Source: Spirochaetaceae bacterium (GTDB lineage Bacteria > Spirochaetota > Spirochaetia > Treponematales > Treponemataceae). From it: DNA of 35,689 nucleotides. Positions 1 through 8,570 of the stretch are shown here, piece after piece. The stretch is taken from positions 1 through 35,689 of the forward strand of contig JAISTZ010000146.1 in assembly GCA_031272345.1 (NCBI GenBank), written 5' to 3'. The notes under the pieces are model-generated. The model made no database searches and was not told the origin of the DNA. It was given only the letters and a program-made list of their open reading frames with translations. A program made the translations under genes and the position numbers. Position 1 is the stretch's first letter. The number at the start of each line of letters is the position of its first letter.

Positions 1-124
1 GGGTTGGGTTGAAGAGCATGACTTCGTCAAAGAAGGCTTCCATCACGGGAAGGAGCCCCAGGTCCACCCCCAGGCGGCGGAGCCCCTCCCCAAGGAGACG
101 GGCCTCCGGGGAGTCCCCCCTCAC
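1..124 (-). CDS. Partial CDS (N-terminal ~41 codons, continues past the window start). Possibly an RsmG/GidB-like 16S rRNA methyltransferase.
   Basis: GTG at 124-122 overlaps the TGA stop (123-121) of the upstream gene as GTGA. My translation is VRGDSPEARLLGEGLRRLGVDLGLLPVMEAFFDEVMLFNPT, with GC3-rich codons. The pattern L..GL..LGV.L......F......FN loosely resembles RsmG N-termini. The family call is weak. Confidence 0.3.
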   Translation of the reverse strand, partial: MRGDSPEARLLGEGLRRLGVDLGLLPVMEAFFDEVMLFNPT

Positions 125-810
125 GGCCCCTCCCCGGCGTTCTGCCCCAGGTCGATCAGCATGTCCAGGGCCGCGCCGTTTCCGGCCCCCCGAATCGAGA
201 GGATGCTGCCCGTGCGGAACGCCCTGACGGACCCCTCGCCGGAAAGCCCGCCCGTGGGCTCTCCCCCCTGGGACACCATGAGGGCCGCGTCGTAGGTCAC
301 TTCGCCGGGGCTCACCCCGCGGGGCCTGGCGAGGACGTGGAAGCCTTCGTCAATCACCCTGCCCTCCCGGATGAACCGCCGTTCCCCGGAGACGAGGAGG
401 AGTCCCCCGCCGGGGAAAGACAGGGTGACATTCCTGCAATCCCTGAGAACGTCCGCGCCGTTGACCGCGAATCTGAGGATTCGCCCCCCGGAGCTGTCCC
501 CTCCCGGGGGCCGGGGGGACGAGAGGATGGCCTGGAGGAGGAGGGTGACGGAATCGGGCGGCCCGGGGACGACGGGAAGCTCCTCGGGTTCGGCCCCCCC
601 ATCCGGCTGCACCGGGAGGAACTCCGGCACGGACTCCTCCTCCGGGGCCTGAAGGACGGCGGTGAGGGCCGGCATGAAGGGCGTCTTCTGGGGTGAATAA
701 AAGCTGTTCCCCACCCCCGGCAGGACCGAGGCGGGCATCTTCACCGGGGAGCGCGCAGACAGCGCCGCCGGAAGGAGGAGGAGCCAGAGGACGAGCCTAG
801 AGGTTCGCAA
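121..810 (-). CDS. Secreted hypothetical protein with a signal peptide.
   Basis: The track ORF is 121..864 with a TTG start. I prefer the in-frame TTG at 810-808, which is preceded by GGAGG with a 6-nt spacer. That start gives (M)RTSRLVLWLLLLPAALSA/RSP, a canonical signal peptide. It overlaps the upstream stop by 14 nt. No family recognised. Confidence 0.6.
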   Translation of the reverse strand: MRTSRLVLWLLLLPAALSARSPVKMPASVLPGVGNSFYSPQKTPFMPALTAVLQAPEEESVPEFLPVQPDGGAEPEELPVVPGPPDSVTLLLQAILSSPRPPGGDSSGGRILRFAVNGADVLRDCRNVTLSFPGGGLLLVSGERRFIREGRVIDEGFHVLARPRGVSPGEVTYDAALMVSQGGEPTGGLSGEGSVRAFRTGSILSIRGAGNGAALDMLIDLGQNAGEGP

Positions 811-1609
811 GATTTTCCTCCACGATATGGAGCCGCTTTGTAAGGGCTTCGATCGTCTTTTCAAGCCTGTTCTTCTCCCTTTCCCATTGAGTCTTCCTGT
901 CGAGCTCCCCGGCGGGTTTTCCCGCCTGACTCCTCACCGTGTCCGGGGATTTTCCCGCCAGGAACTGGGCCTCCGCGGCCTTCCGCTTTTCCTCAGGCCC
1001 CAGGGACGCCACGTACTTCATGTTCTCCCCGCCGATGGCGGGATTCACCTGGAAGAGGGACGCCCTGGTGATGGCCCTGGCGGCGTTCCTGGGCAAGAGG
1101 AGCACCCGGTCGACGTAGTCCTCGTAGCGGATCTTCTCCTGGCGGCACAATTCCTGGGCCTTGATGAGCAGGTCCCCCAATTCACGCATAAAAACACCGT
1201 TCTGTTCCACCTGTTTCCGAATTTGTTCCGTAAGCGCCCCGAGTTCCTCCGAGACCCTGGGGTCGAGCTTGTAGTAGCCCTTCTCCTCGGCGGCCTCAAG
1301 GAGCCGGTGGAACCGGGCCCAGAAGTCCGTGGTGTGGAACCGGAGGGGGCTCAGGGCTTTGGCGTTCTCCAGGCCCCCCATGCGCTCGGCGAGTTTTTCG
1401 TGCTCCAGGTGATGGGCGTACTCGTGGATCGCCGTGTAGACCAGTTGCCCATCGGACGAAAAATTCTTGTTGTGAAGGAGAATCTCAAGGGTGTCGGGCT
1501 TGTAGAGGCCGTTCACCCGTTTGCTGGCCTTTCCGGTAAAAATGACGCTGAAATCCAGGGACGTATTTTCTAAGTCCAGGAGCATGGCCTTGACGCTGTC
1601 CTGATTCAT
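797..1609 (-). CDS. Hypothetical protein with an HExxH motif, a putative metal-dependent hydrolase.
   Basis: 270-aa ORF with an ATG start preceded by GGAGG. It carries IHEYAHHLEH (HExxH plus a downstream His/Glu) in the N-terminal half and a charged helical C-terminal half. It is packed in the same-strand run with rsmE and tyrS. Confidence 0.7.
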   Translation of the reverse strand: MNQDSVKAMLLDLENTSLDFSVIFTGKASKRVNGLYKPDTLEILLHNKNFSSDGQLVYTAIHEYAHHLEHEKLAERMGGLENAKALSPLRFHTTDFWARFHRLLEAAEEKGYYKLDPRVSEELGALTEQIRKQVEQNGVFMRELGDLLIKAQELCRQEKIRYEDYVDRVLLLPRNAARAITRASLFQVNPAIGGENMKYVASLGPEEKRKAAEAQFLAGKSPDTVRSQAGKPAGELDRKTQWEREKNRLEKTIEALTKRLHIVEENLANL

Positions 1610-1664
1610 GGGGCCTCCGTTTTGAGGGAATCTTTTAAGTGAAATTATGAGGGATTCCCGTTAT

Positions 1665-2420
1665 TTAAACTTCGGCGTTTTTGGGGGCGGTCATTATCGA
1701 AAGAATCAGCGCGGCAGCGGCGGTGCAGGCGGTTTCCGTGCGGAGGACCCGCTCCCCCAGGCCGCAGAGGCGGAATCCCGCCCCAAGGAGGAGCTCCCGC
1801 TCCCGGTCCGTCCAGCCCCGCTCGCTCCCGACGGCGGCCCACACGGGGGGGCGCGGCCCTTCGGACGCCAGGACCTCCGCCAGGGGCGCCGTGGCGAACC
1901 GGGGGGACCGGCTGGGCACGTCCAGGGCGAATCTGCCGCCGGTTGCCGGGCCGGCCGCTTCCAGGGCGGCTTCCAGGGACTCGTGCCGGAAGAGGCGGGG
2001 CACGTGGACGCTCCTGGCCTGGGCGCTCCCCTCCCGGAGCAGGGCCTCAGCCCGGCCGCGCTCGAAGAGGGTCGAGTCCCGGTAGGATTTTTCCCCCAGG
2101 TCCGTACCCGCCAGGTGAATCTCCTGCACCCCCAGCCCGGCCATGTCCCGGAAGAGGCGGCGCAGTTGAATCGGCCGGGGGAACCCGACGAGCATGTGGA
2201 GCGGATAGAGGGGAAGCCCCTCCGTCTGCGGGGTGAATTCAAAGGTGATTGCGTCCGTGACGGCCCCTATCCGCGCGACCCCCGCCGCCCTGTTGACCAC
2301 CCCGGCCTCGAAGGTGTCCCCCGCCCGTTTGCGGAGGACCGTGACGATGTGCTGGGCCCTGGGGTCGGAGAGGGGGAGGGGGACGGAAATTTCCGGTTCG
2401 TCAAAGAGGACGATGTTCAT
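1665..2420 (-). CDS. rsmE: 16S rRNA (uracil1498-N3)-methyltransferase RsmE.
   Basis: 251 aa. N-terminal PUA-like region (RAQHIVTVLRKRAGD) and the C-terminal SPOUT signature VGSERGWTDRE...LG.RVLRTETA. Confidence 0.9.
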   Translation of the reverse strand: MNIVLFDEPEISVPLPLSDPRAQHIVTVLRKRAGDTFEAGVVNRAAGVARIGAVTDAITFEFTPQTEGLPLYPLHMLVGFPRPIQLRRLFRDMAGLGVQEIHLAGTDLGEKSYRDSTLFERGRAEALLREGSAQARSVHVPRLFRHESLEAALEAAGPATGGRFALDVPSRSPRFATAPLAEVLASEGPRPPVWAAVGSERGWTDRERELLLGAGFRLCGLGERVLRTETACTAAAALILSIMTAPKNAEV

Positions 2421-2428
2421 GGGGCGGC

Positions 2429-3679
2429 TTATGTGGCCAGGACCCGGCAGAACTTCTTCTTGCCCGCCCGCAGAATCACCTCCCCCGATGCGAAGTCCCC
2501 CTCGGTGAACCGGAAGTCCACGGTGGAAATGCGCTGTTCCGCGCCCCCCCCGCCGGTGAAGAAGGCCCCCCCCTGCTCGATGAGCCGGCGGCAGTCGCTT
2601 TTGGTGGCGCAGAGTTTTGCCTGCACGAAGAGGTCCGCCGCGGCCACGCCGGCCCCCTGGGGGGTCGCCGCCCGCAGGGCCGCCGCAGGAATCTCCGCCT
2701 GGGGCATGGACGCTTTGTCTCCCCCGCCCCCGAAGGCCGCCCTGGCGCCGGAGAGGGCCCGTTCCGCCTCGTCCTTCCCGTGAATCACCGCGGTCACCTC
2801 GTAGGCCAGGCGCTCCTTGGCCCTGTTGATGTCCCCGGAGGCGATGGAGTCAACCTCATCCACGGGCAAAAAGGTGAACAGGAGGAGGAATTTCCGCACG
2901 TCCGGGTCGGAAACGTTCCGCCAGTATTGGAAGAAGTCGTAGACCCCCGTGAGGGCGCTGTCCAGGAAGAGGGCCCCCCGCTCGGTCTTGCCCATCTTCT
3001 GGCCGTCGCTCCGGGTGATGAGGGGGAAGGTGAGGCCGAAGGCGTCCTTGCCGGTCTTGCGGCGGATAAGGTCCACCCCGGCGGTGATGTTGCCCCACTG
3101 GTCGTCCCCGCCGATTTGGAGCACACAGTTGTGCCGCTGGTGGAGCATGAGGAAGTCGTAGCTTTGCAGGAGTTGATAGTTGAATTCGATGAACGACAGG
3201 CCCGTCTCCAGGCGTTTTTTGTAGGACTCGAAGGTGAGCATCCTGTTGACCGAAAAGCACGAGCCGATGTCCCGGAGGAAGTCGATGTAGTTCAGGTCCG
3301 CCAGCCAGTTCTTGTTGTTGTCCCACCGGGCGGTTACCCCGTCAAACCCGATGAACCGGTCGAGCTGTTGCCGGATGCTTTCGGTGTTGGAATCGAGCTG
3401 CTCATAGGAGAGCATCTGGCGCATCTCGGTCTTGCCCGAGGGGTCCCCGATCCGGGCCGTGCCCCCCCCGATGAGGGCGATTGCGGTGTGCCCGGCGTCC
3501 CGCAGGTGCCTGAGGGCAAAAAAGGGCACCATGTGGCCGATGTGCAGGCTGGGCCCCGTGGGGTCGCAGCCCACATAAAAGGCGACAGGCCCCTTGTCCA
3601 TCAGGCTGGAAAGGTCCTCCGGGGCCGTGCACTGCTGAAAAAATCCCCGTTCCTTGAGGGTTTCGAGCGCTTTGTTCAT
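2429..3679 (-). CDS. tyrS: Tyrosine--tRNA ligase.
   Basis: 416 aa. HIGH motif (SLHIGHMVP), KMSKS-type motif (KMGKT), and a C-terminal S4-like domain with an insertion. Confidence 0.95.
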   Translation of the reverse strand: MNKALETLKERGFFQQCTAPEDLSSLMDKGPVAFYVGCDPTGPSLHIGHMVPFFALRHLRDAGHTAIALIGGGTARIGDPSGKTEMRQMLSYEQLDSNTESIRQQLDRFIGFDGVTARWDNNKNWLADLNYIDFLRDIGSCFSVNRMLTFESYKKRLETGLSFIEFNYQLLQSYDFLMLHQRHNCVLQIGGDDQWGNITAGVDLIRRKTGKDAFGLTFPLITRSDGQKMGKTERGALFLDSALTGVYDFFQYWRNVSDPDVRKFLLLFTFLPVDEVDSIASGDINRAKERLAYEVTAVIHGKDEAERALSGARAAFGGGGDKASMPQAEIPAAALRAATPQGAGVAAADLFVQAKLCATKSDCRRLIEQGGAFFTGGGGAEQRISTVDFRFTEGDFASGEVILRAGKKKFCRVLAT

Positions 3680-3692
3680 CGGGGCGAGTATA

Positions 3693-4511
3693 TCACTCGG
3701 AAGCGGCGGCGTCTACCAGGCTGCTCACCTGCCTGATCGTCTCCGCGGGGGAAGCGTTTCTGGAGAAGATCTCCAGCAGGGCCGGATGCCGCTCGAAGAT
3801 TTCCCCGAGTTTTTCCAATTGCTCCATGGCGGCGGCGTTTTTTACGGCGATTTGGGCGTCCTGGGGGGCCCTGCGGGCCATGGCGGCGTCCACTTCCGCC
3901 CGGTAGGCCCCGTAGGATTCCCGCGCCATGGTGTACAGGGCGATGTCGGGAATCCGGGCGCTTTCTACTCCAAGGGCGAGCACTTCCACCTCCTGGAGGG
4001 TCGGCTCAGCGGAGAGGGACGCCAGAAGGGTGTGGTCGAGCTTTTTTTGGGCCAGGAGCGCGTCCAGGGCGATGTGGGCGGCTTCCTTGCTTTTCTGGTC
4101 CAGGAACGCGGTGAGCGCCTCCTGGGTGGTGACGCCCATGCGGTCGCAGAGGGACGGCAGCGATTCGGGCCTGACGTTCAGGGTGACGTGCAGGGACACG
4201 GAGTAGGAAAAATCCGGCTTCTGCTCCAGGACGGAGCTGTATACCTTTGCCGAGGGCAGTTCCCCGGAGAGGGTCTGCACGGCGGTGTAGGGTTGGGCGT
4301 CGAAAAGGAGGATCTCCGTGTTTGTGGGGATGAGCCGCTCGGCGCTCCAGGCGAAGACCCCCCGCCTGAGGGTCTGGGGATACACGCCGGACGTCTTGGT
4401 GAGCATGACTCCGTATTTGCCGATCGGCACGGTGAACTGAATCCACCCGAAATAGAACACGCACCCCCCGCACAGGGCCAGGAACACAAGAAAGGCCAGG
4501 AATTTTTTCAT
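3693..4511 (-). CDS. Membrane-anchored hypothetical protein, possibly with an SPFH/band-7-like fold.
   Basis: The track ORF 3693..4799 has a low-complexity N-terminal extension. The internal ATG at 4511 gives MKKFLAFLVFLALCGGCVFYFGW, an N-terminal anchor or possible lipobox. The following beta-rich region and coiled C-terminus resemble band-7 proteins only loosely. Confidence 0.7.
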   Translation of the reverse strand: MKKFLAFLVFLALCGGCVFYFGWIQFTVPIGKYGVMLTKTSGVYPQTLRRGVFAWSAERLIPTNTEILLFDAQPYTAVQTLSGELPSAKVYSSVLEQKPDFSYSVSLHVTLNVRPESLPSLCDRMGVTTQEALTAFLDQKSKEAAHIALDALLAQKKLDHTLLASLSAEPTLQEVEVLALGVESARIPDIALYTMARESYGAYRAEVDAAMARRAPQDAQIAVKNAAAMEQLEKLGEIFERHPALLEIFSRNASPAETIRQVSSLVDAAASE

Positions 4512-4550
4512 GGAACTAGTGTATACTACAATCGGAAGGATTGCAACACC

Positions 4551-4883
4551 ATGAATGAACCGCCCAGGGGGTTGTTTTTTATACTCCACAGGCTCGTCCT
4601 GTTCCTCACCCTTTTTCAGATAGCCCTGTTCGCCCTCTTCGCCGCGGGCAGCCTCAACCGCTGCCAGGACAGGACCCTCATCTTCATCCTCCACGGGGGG
4701 ACCCTCTGCGCCTGGATTCTCCTGGCCGTTCTTGTCCCCTACCTCTGCCTGACGGTCCTCCTGGGGGCCCTCACCAGGCGGCCGGCCTACCTGCTGCACC
4801 TGCTCCTCTGGGCCCTTTCCCTGGCAATCGCCCTGGGGCTGGGGTTCTTCTCCCGGAGTCTGCCCCTGTGGAGCGCCGTGTAG
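4551..4883 (+). CDS. Small integral membrane protein (about 3 TM segments), hypothetical.
   Basis: ATG at 4551 inside the spurious 3654..4883 track ORF. It encodes 110 aa with strongly hydrophobic segments (LVLFLTLFQIALFALFAAG, CAWILLAVLVPYLCLTVLLGAL, LLLWALSLAIALGLGFF). Codon use is host-like and GC3-rich. No other credible gene covers this interval. Confidence 0.5.
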   Translation: MNEPPRGLFFILHRLVLFLTLFQIALFALFAAGSLNRCQDRTLIFILHGGTLCAWILLAVLVPYLCLTVLLGALTRRPAYLLHLLLWALSLAIALGLGFFSRSLPLWSAV

Positions 4884-4922
4884 ACGAACCCCGCGAAGGC
4901 TCCCAGGGCTTTGTTGGCCCGT

Positions 4923-5414
4923 TCAGCATGGAAGAGGAACCTCACCGGCCAGGACGAGGATTTTTGCTATAAGACCGGGACTAAACCAGGTGTTGTTGCC
5001 CTGCAATTCTTTAATCAATGGGGCTATTTCAGAAATAAAACCTTTCTCTTTTGCCCTAAGCAGAATCCCCAGGGTTCCGGTAACCGGAATGTCCATAAGC
5101 TGCGCATAACGGCGCGCACATTTTTCGTCTATGAGAATTAAATCCGCCCCAAGTTCCTGGGCCAGCATGAGCGCCTCTGCTTCCCCGTCATCTAAATCAT
5201 ACAAAAAAACCCTGGCAGCCGTCGAATGAAGGCGCTCAATGCTCACCCAATCCAATGCGGTTAAATCCGTGTAAAAGCTGTCTTTTCCCGCCTCGATTTC
5301 CTGATACACCGCATAAGGAATAAAAATATTGCCGTACAAGAGGCGCAGCAGGTCCAGCTTTCCGATTTTCAGCAAGGAAATAAGCGGAGTGGTATTGGAA
5401 ACAACCTTACGCAT
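4923..5414 (-). CDS. PIN-domain toxin of the DUF3368 type (VapC-like).
   Basis: The internal ATG at 5414 gives MRKVVSNTTPLISLLKIGKLDLLRLLYGNIFIPYAVYQEI, which is the typical DUF3368 N-terminus. The ATGCGTAA overlap with the upstream antitoxin gene supports this start. The segment is lower in GC than its flanks. Confidence 0.8.
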   Translation of the reverse strand: MRKVVSNTTPLISLLKIGKLDLLRLLYGNIFIPYAVYQEIEAGKDSFYTDLTALDWVSIERLHSTAARVFLYDLDDGEAEALMLAQELGADLILIDEKCARRYAQLMDIPVTGTLGILLRAKEKGFISEIAPLIKELQGNNTWFSPGLIAKILVLAGEVPLPC

Positions 5415-5658
5415 TGGCAAAATCAGACTCAAGTTCCTCCGCTCCGGCCAGCATCGACACGCCATACCCGGCGAGCATGTCCAGAAACGTGATACGGGAA
5501 ATTCCCAAAGTCCGCGCCGCCATGCCGGAGGATATTCTGCCTAATTCATACAGCTTTATCAGCGACAGGAGTTTGATTTCCTGCTCAAACTCTGAGTTTT
5601 GCATTCGCAACGAAAAAGCCAGCGTTTCCGGATAAGAAATTGCGATTTGCCGTTCCAT
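5407..5658 (-). CDS. UPF0175-family antitoxin, partner of the DUF3368 PIN toxin.
   Basis: 83 aa. The region LYELGRISSGMAARTLGISRITFLDML is the HTH-like signature of UPF0175 proteins. GGAGG lies 7 nt upstream of the ATG. It overlaps the toxin gene by 8 nt. Confidence 0.8.
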   Translation of the reverse strand: MERQIAISYPETLAFSLRMQNSEFEQEIKLLSLIKLYELGRISSGMAARTLGISRITFLDMLAGYGVSMLAGAEELESDFANA

Positions 5659-5817
5659 GGTGTTGCCTCCGTTGCCTCCACCCTATCATATTCCGCTGCG
5701 AAATTCAACCATGCCGCGAACCCCGTACCGCCCCGCGGCGGCTCTGCGTCCAGGGGGCGCTCCGCGGGCGGCCCGGAATCGCCCTCCATAATTTCTGAAA
5801 AATTCGTCCAAAAGGGC

Positions 5818-5845
5818 TTGACGCGGTGTGAAAATATCGTATAAA
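5818..5845 (+). promoter_or_regulatory. Sigma70-like promoter for the rplU operon.
   Basis: TTGACG (5818-5823), a 16-nt spacer, then TATAAA (5840-5845). This sits about 30 nt upstream of the rplU ATG. An AAGGGGAAGG Shine-Dalgarno follows. Confidence 0.45.
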
Positions 5846-5874
5846 CTGAATTTCACATTTTTAAGGGGAAGGCT

Positions 5875-6189
5875 ATGTACGCACTCATCGAGTATAAAGG
5901 AAAGCAGTATAAGGCGGAAAAGGGCGCGGTTTTAACCGTGGACAAGGTGAACGAGGCCGCAGGGGCAAAGCTCAACATCGAAACGGTGCTCCTGGTCAGC
6001 AACGAGGGGGCCGCGTCCGTGGGAACCCCCTATGTGCCGGGCGCGCGGGTAGAGGCGGTGGTGGAGAAAACCTTCCGGGACCGCAAGGTTCTGGTGCTCA
6101 AATACAAGAGCAAGAAGGACTACCGCAGGCTCATCGGGCACAGGCAGAGTTACACCAACATCCGGGTAGAAGACATCGTCGTCGCGTAA
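5875..6189 (+). CDS. rplU: 50S ribosomal protein L21.
   Basis: MYALIEYKGKQYKAEKGAVLTVDK... is a canonical L21 N-terminus. 104 aa. Confidence 0.95.
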   Translation: MYALIEYKGKQYKAEKGAVLTVDKVNEAAGAKLNIETVLLVSNEGAASVGTPYVPGARVEAVVEKTFRDRKVLVLKYKSKKDYRRLIGHRQSYTNIRVEDIVVA

Positions 6190-6573
6190 ATGACGGAGGT
6201 GGCGCTTTCCCGCACGGAACAGGGCTTCACCTGCCGGGCCGAGGGCCACGCGGGGTTCGCCCCGGCTGGAAGTGATATTGTGTGCGCCGCGGTCACGGTC
6301 CTCCTGCGGACGGCCGCGGAGATGCTCGAAGCAACCCCCGGCGTCGCGGTGCGGCCCCTGGCGGTGCAAGCGGGGGCTCTCTCGTTCCAGGTTGAACGGA
6401 GGGAGCGGGGGGAGTCAGGCAGGGCGCGGGATGACGGGCCGGATGCGCTTGGGGCGCGGCTGTGGGCCGTTGGGGACTTCATCAAAACCGGCATGGAATC
6501 CCTTCAAAGAGAATTCCCCGGACATATTTCGTTCCGGGAAGAACCGGGGCGCTCCGGCGTTTCCGGGGCATAA
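6190..6573 (+). CDS. prp: Ribosomal-processing cysteine protease Prp-like protein (DUF464).
   Basis: It occupies the conserved position between rplU and rpmA. The motif GHAGFAPAGSDIVCAAVTVLL carries the His/Cys dyad of Prp. The ATG immediately follows the rplU TAA. Confidence 0.85.
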   Translation: MTEVALSRTEQGFTCRAEGHAGFAPAGSDIVCAAVTVLLRTAAEMLEATPGVAVRPLAVQAGALSFQVERRERGESGRARDDGPDALGARLWAVGDFIKTGMESLQREFPGHISFREEPGRSGVSGA

Positions 6574-6583
6574 GGAGTAAGTT

Positions 6584-6835
6584 ATGGGACGTAAAAAAGG
6601 CGGCAGCGGCGCAAAAAACGGGCGGGATTCCAACCCCAAGAGGCTCGGGGTAAAAGTATACGGCGGTCAAACCGTAAGCGCGGGGTCGATCCTGGTGCGC
6701 CAGCGGGGCACAAGGATTCATCCCGGCGCTAACGTCAAGCGGGGCAGGGACGACACGCTCTTTGCCACCAGCCCCGGCACGGTGGTGTATCACGACCGCA
6801 TGGGAAGGAAGTACGCTTCAGTAACCCTGCCGTGA
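6584..6835 (+). CDS. rpmA: 50S ribosomal protein L27.
   Basis: [24 protein letters not shown]... is canonical mature-type L27. TAAGGAG lies upstream of the ATG. Confidence 0.95.
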   Translation: MGRKKGGSGAKNGRDSNPKRLGVKVYGGQTVSAGSILVRQRGTRIHPGANVKRGRDDTLFATSPGTVVYHDRMGRKYASVTLP

Positions 6836-7995
6836 TTCGTTTTGCAGATGAGGCCTTCATAGAGGTGCGCTCCGGAAAGGGCGGCAACGGCTGCATCTCC
6901 TTCAGGCGGGAAAAATACGTGCCCAAGGGCGGTCCCGCGGGGGGGGACGGCGGCAGGGGCGGGGACGTTGTGTTCTTTCTCAAGCGCAACCTGCGCACCC
7001 TCTCCCACCTGCGCTACAAGCGGGTGTTCAAGGCCCAAAACGGGGGTGACGGCGAGGGCGGCTCCAGGCACGGCAGGGACGGGGATGACATACTCATCCC
7101 CCTGCCGCCGGGGTCAACCCTCAAGGACCCTTCCACGGGGGAAATCCTTTGCGACTTCGGCCCCAACGAATCCGGGGACGCGCGGTTCGTGTTTTTAAAG
7201 GGCGGAAACGGCGGCTGGGGGAACGTCCACTTTAAATCATCCACCAATCAGGCCCCGAGGAGGGCGAACCAGGGTCTGCCCGGAGAAACCAGGCGGCTCC
7301 TGGTGGAACTGAGCATCATGGCGGACGTGGGCCTGGTGGGATTCCCAAACGCGGGAAAGTCCTCCCTCCTGGACTACTTCACCAACGCCCGCCCCGCGAT
7401 CGCCCCCTACCCCTTCACCACAAAGATCCCAAACCTGGGGGTGCTCAGGCTTGCCGGGGACGGCCCCGGCGAACCCGATGACATCATCCTGGCGGACATC
7501 CCGGGGATCATCGAGGGGGCCTCCGAAGGGGCGGGACTCGGCACGGCCTTCCTCAAGCACATCTCCCGCTGCCGGGCCCTCCTCCTCCTGATCGACTGCG
7601 GGGATGATTCCTGTTTTGGGGCCTACGGCACCCTCCTGGACGAAATCTCCAGGTACGACGCCCGCATCGCCGCCGAGGGGGGGGAGTCCCGGCTGGGGGA
7701 GAAAAAACGCCTGGTCCTCTGCAACAAGCTCGACCTCGAAGGGGCCGAAGAGCGGGCGCAAAAGGTCGCGGCCCTGGTAAGGGAGCGGAATCCCGGGGAG
7801 GAGGTCTTCAACATATCCATCCACCGGCAGAGGGGGCTCCGGGCCGTGCAGGCCGCGGTCGCGGGCCTGGTTGCGCCCAGGGAGGCGGTCCAGGGGGACA
7901 AGACCGGAGATTTTCTGCGCACCCGCTCCGTGTCGGACTACCGGGAGGAGCAGTTTCCCGGAGTCCCCCCCCAGGACCAGGGGGACGGACTGTGA
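6832..7995 (+). CDS. obg: GTPase Obg/CgtA.
   Basis: The GTG start overlaps the rpmA stop as GTGA. It has the glycine-rich Obg fold ([30 protein letters not shown]), the G1 motif GFPNAGKSS and the G4 motif NKLD. Confidence 0.95.
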   Translation: MIRFADEAFIEVRSGKGGNGCISFRREKYVPKGGPAGGDGGRGGDVVFFLKRNLRTLSHLRYKRVFKAQNGGDGEGGSRHGRDGDDILIPLPPGSTLKDPSTGEILCDFGPNESGDARFVFLKGGNGGWGNVHFKSSTNQAPRRANQGLPGETRRLLVELSIMADVGLVGFPNAGKSSLLDYFTNARPAIAPYPFTTKIPNLGVLRLAGDGPGEPDDIILADIPGIIEGASEGAGLGTAFLKHISRCRALLLLIDCGDDSCFGAYGTLLDEISRYDARIAAEGGESRLGEKKRLVLCNKLDLEGAEERAQKVAALVRERNPGEEVFNISIHRQRGLRAVQAAVAGLVAPREAVQGDKTGDFLRTRSVSDYREEQFPGVPPQDQGDGL

Positions 7996-8570
7996 AGCTC
8001 GCGGTTCTGGGGGGCAGCTTCAACCCGCCCCACATCGGGCACCTGGCCCTGGCGGACGAAGCGGTCCTGTCCCTGGGGTACGACAGGGTGCTCTTTGTGC
8101 CCGCCAGGGTGCGGCCCTTAAAGGACATCAGCCCCGGAGCGGACGACAAAGACAGAATCGCCATGACCGCCCTGGCGATCGAGTCGAACAGGGCCTTCGG
8201 CCTGGAGACCTGCGAGATGGAACGGGAGGGCCCCTCCTTCACCTGGGACACCCTCCTCTTCCTTGCCCAAAAATACCCCCTGGAGGGAAAAATCGGCTTC
8301 ATCCTGGGGGACGACCTCATCGAGAGCTTCCCCCGGTGGCGGAACTACCGGGACATCCCCCGGGCGGCAGACCTCATCCTGGCCCGGCGGACCGCGGAGC
8401 CCGTGGAGGTCCCCTTTCCCCACATCCCCCTGGGGAATCCCCTCGTGCCGATCTCCTCGTCGGACATCCGGGAGCGGATCCGCGCGGGAAGGGCCTGGCG
8501 GTACCTTGCGGGAGAACGGGTTTCGGAGTATATTATCAGGGAAAAGCTGTATGGATACGGAGCTATTTAA
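7992..8570 (+). CDS. nadD: Nicotinate-nucleotide adenylyltransferase.
   Basis: The GTG start overlaps the obg stop as GTGA. It carries GGSFNPPHIGHL (the (H/T)xGH motif) and ISSSDIR near the C-terminus. Confidence 0.9.
   Translation: MKLAVLGGSFNPPHIGHLALADEAVLSLGYDRVLFVPARVRPLKDISPGADDKDRIAMTALAIESNRAFGLETCEMEREGPSFTWDTLLFLAQKYPLEGKIGFILGDDLIESFPRWRNYRDIPRAADLILARRTAEPVEVPFPHIPLGNPLVPISSSDIRERIRAGRAWRYLAGERVSEYIIREKLYGYGAI

Noticed and set aside
9-227. A 72-aa plus-strand ORF at the window start (Ser/Arg/Pro-rich).
   Set aside because: The composition is typical of a shadow frame. The minus strand here carries the end of the secreted-protein gene and a GTGA-coupled downstream start with much better coding character.
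5700-5800. A GC-rich, partly self-complementary tract upstream of rplU, considered as a tRNA, sRNA or ribosomal-protein leader.
   Set aside because: No cloverleaf can be built. The GGTTCGCGG segment lacks the T-loop consensus and a complementary T-stem. I cannot match it to a known L21-leader structure by eye. It may simply be the promoter region of the divergent toxin-antitoxin cassette.
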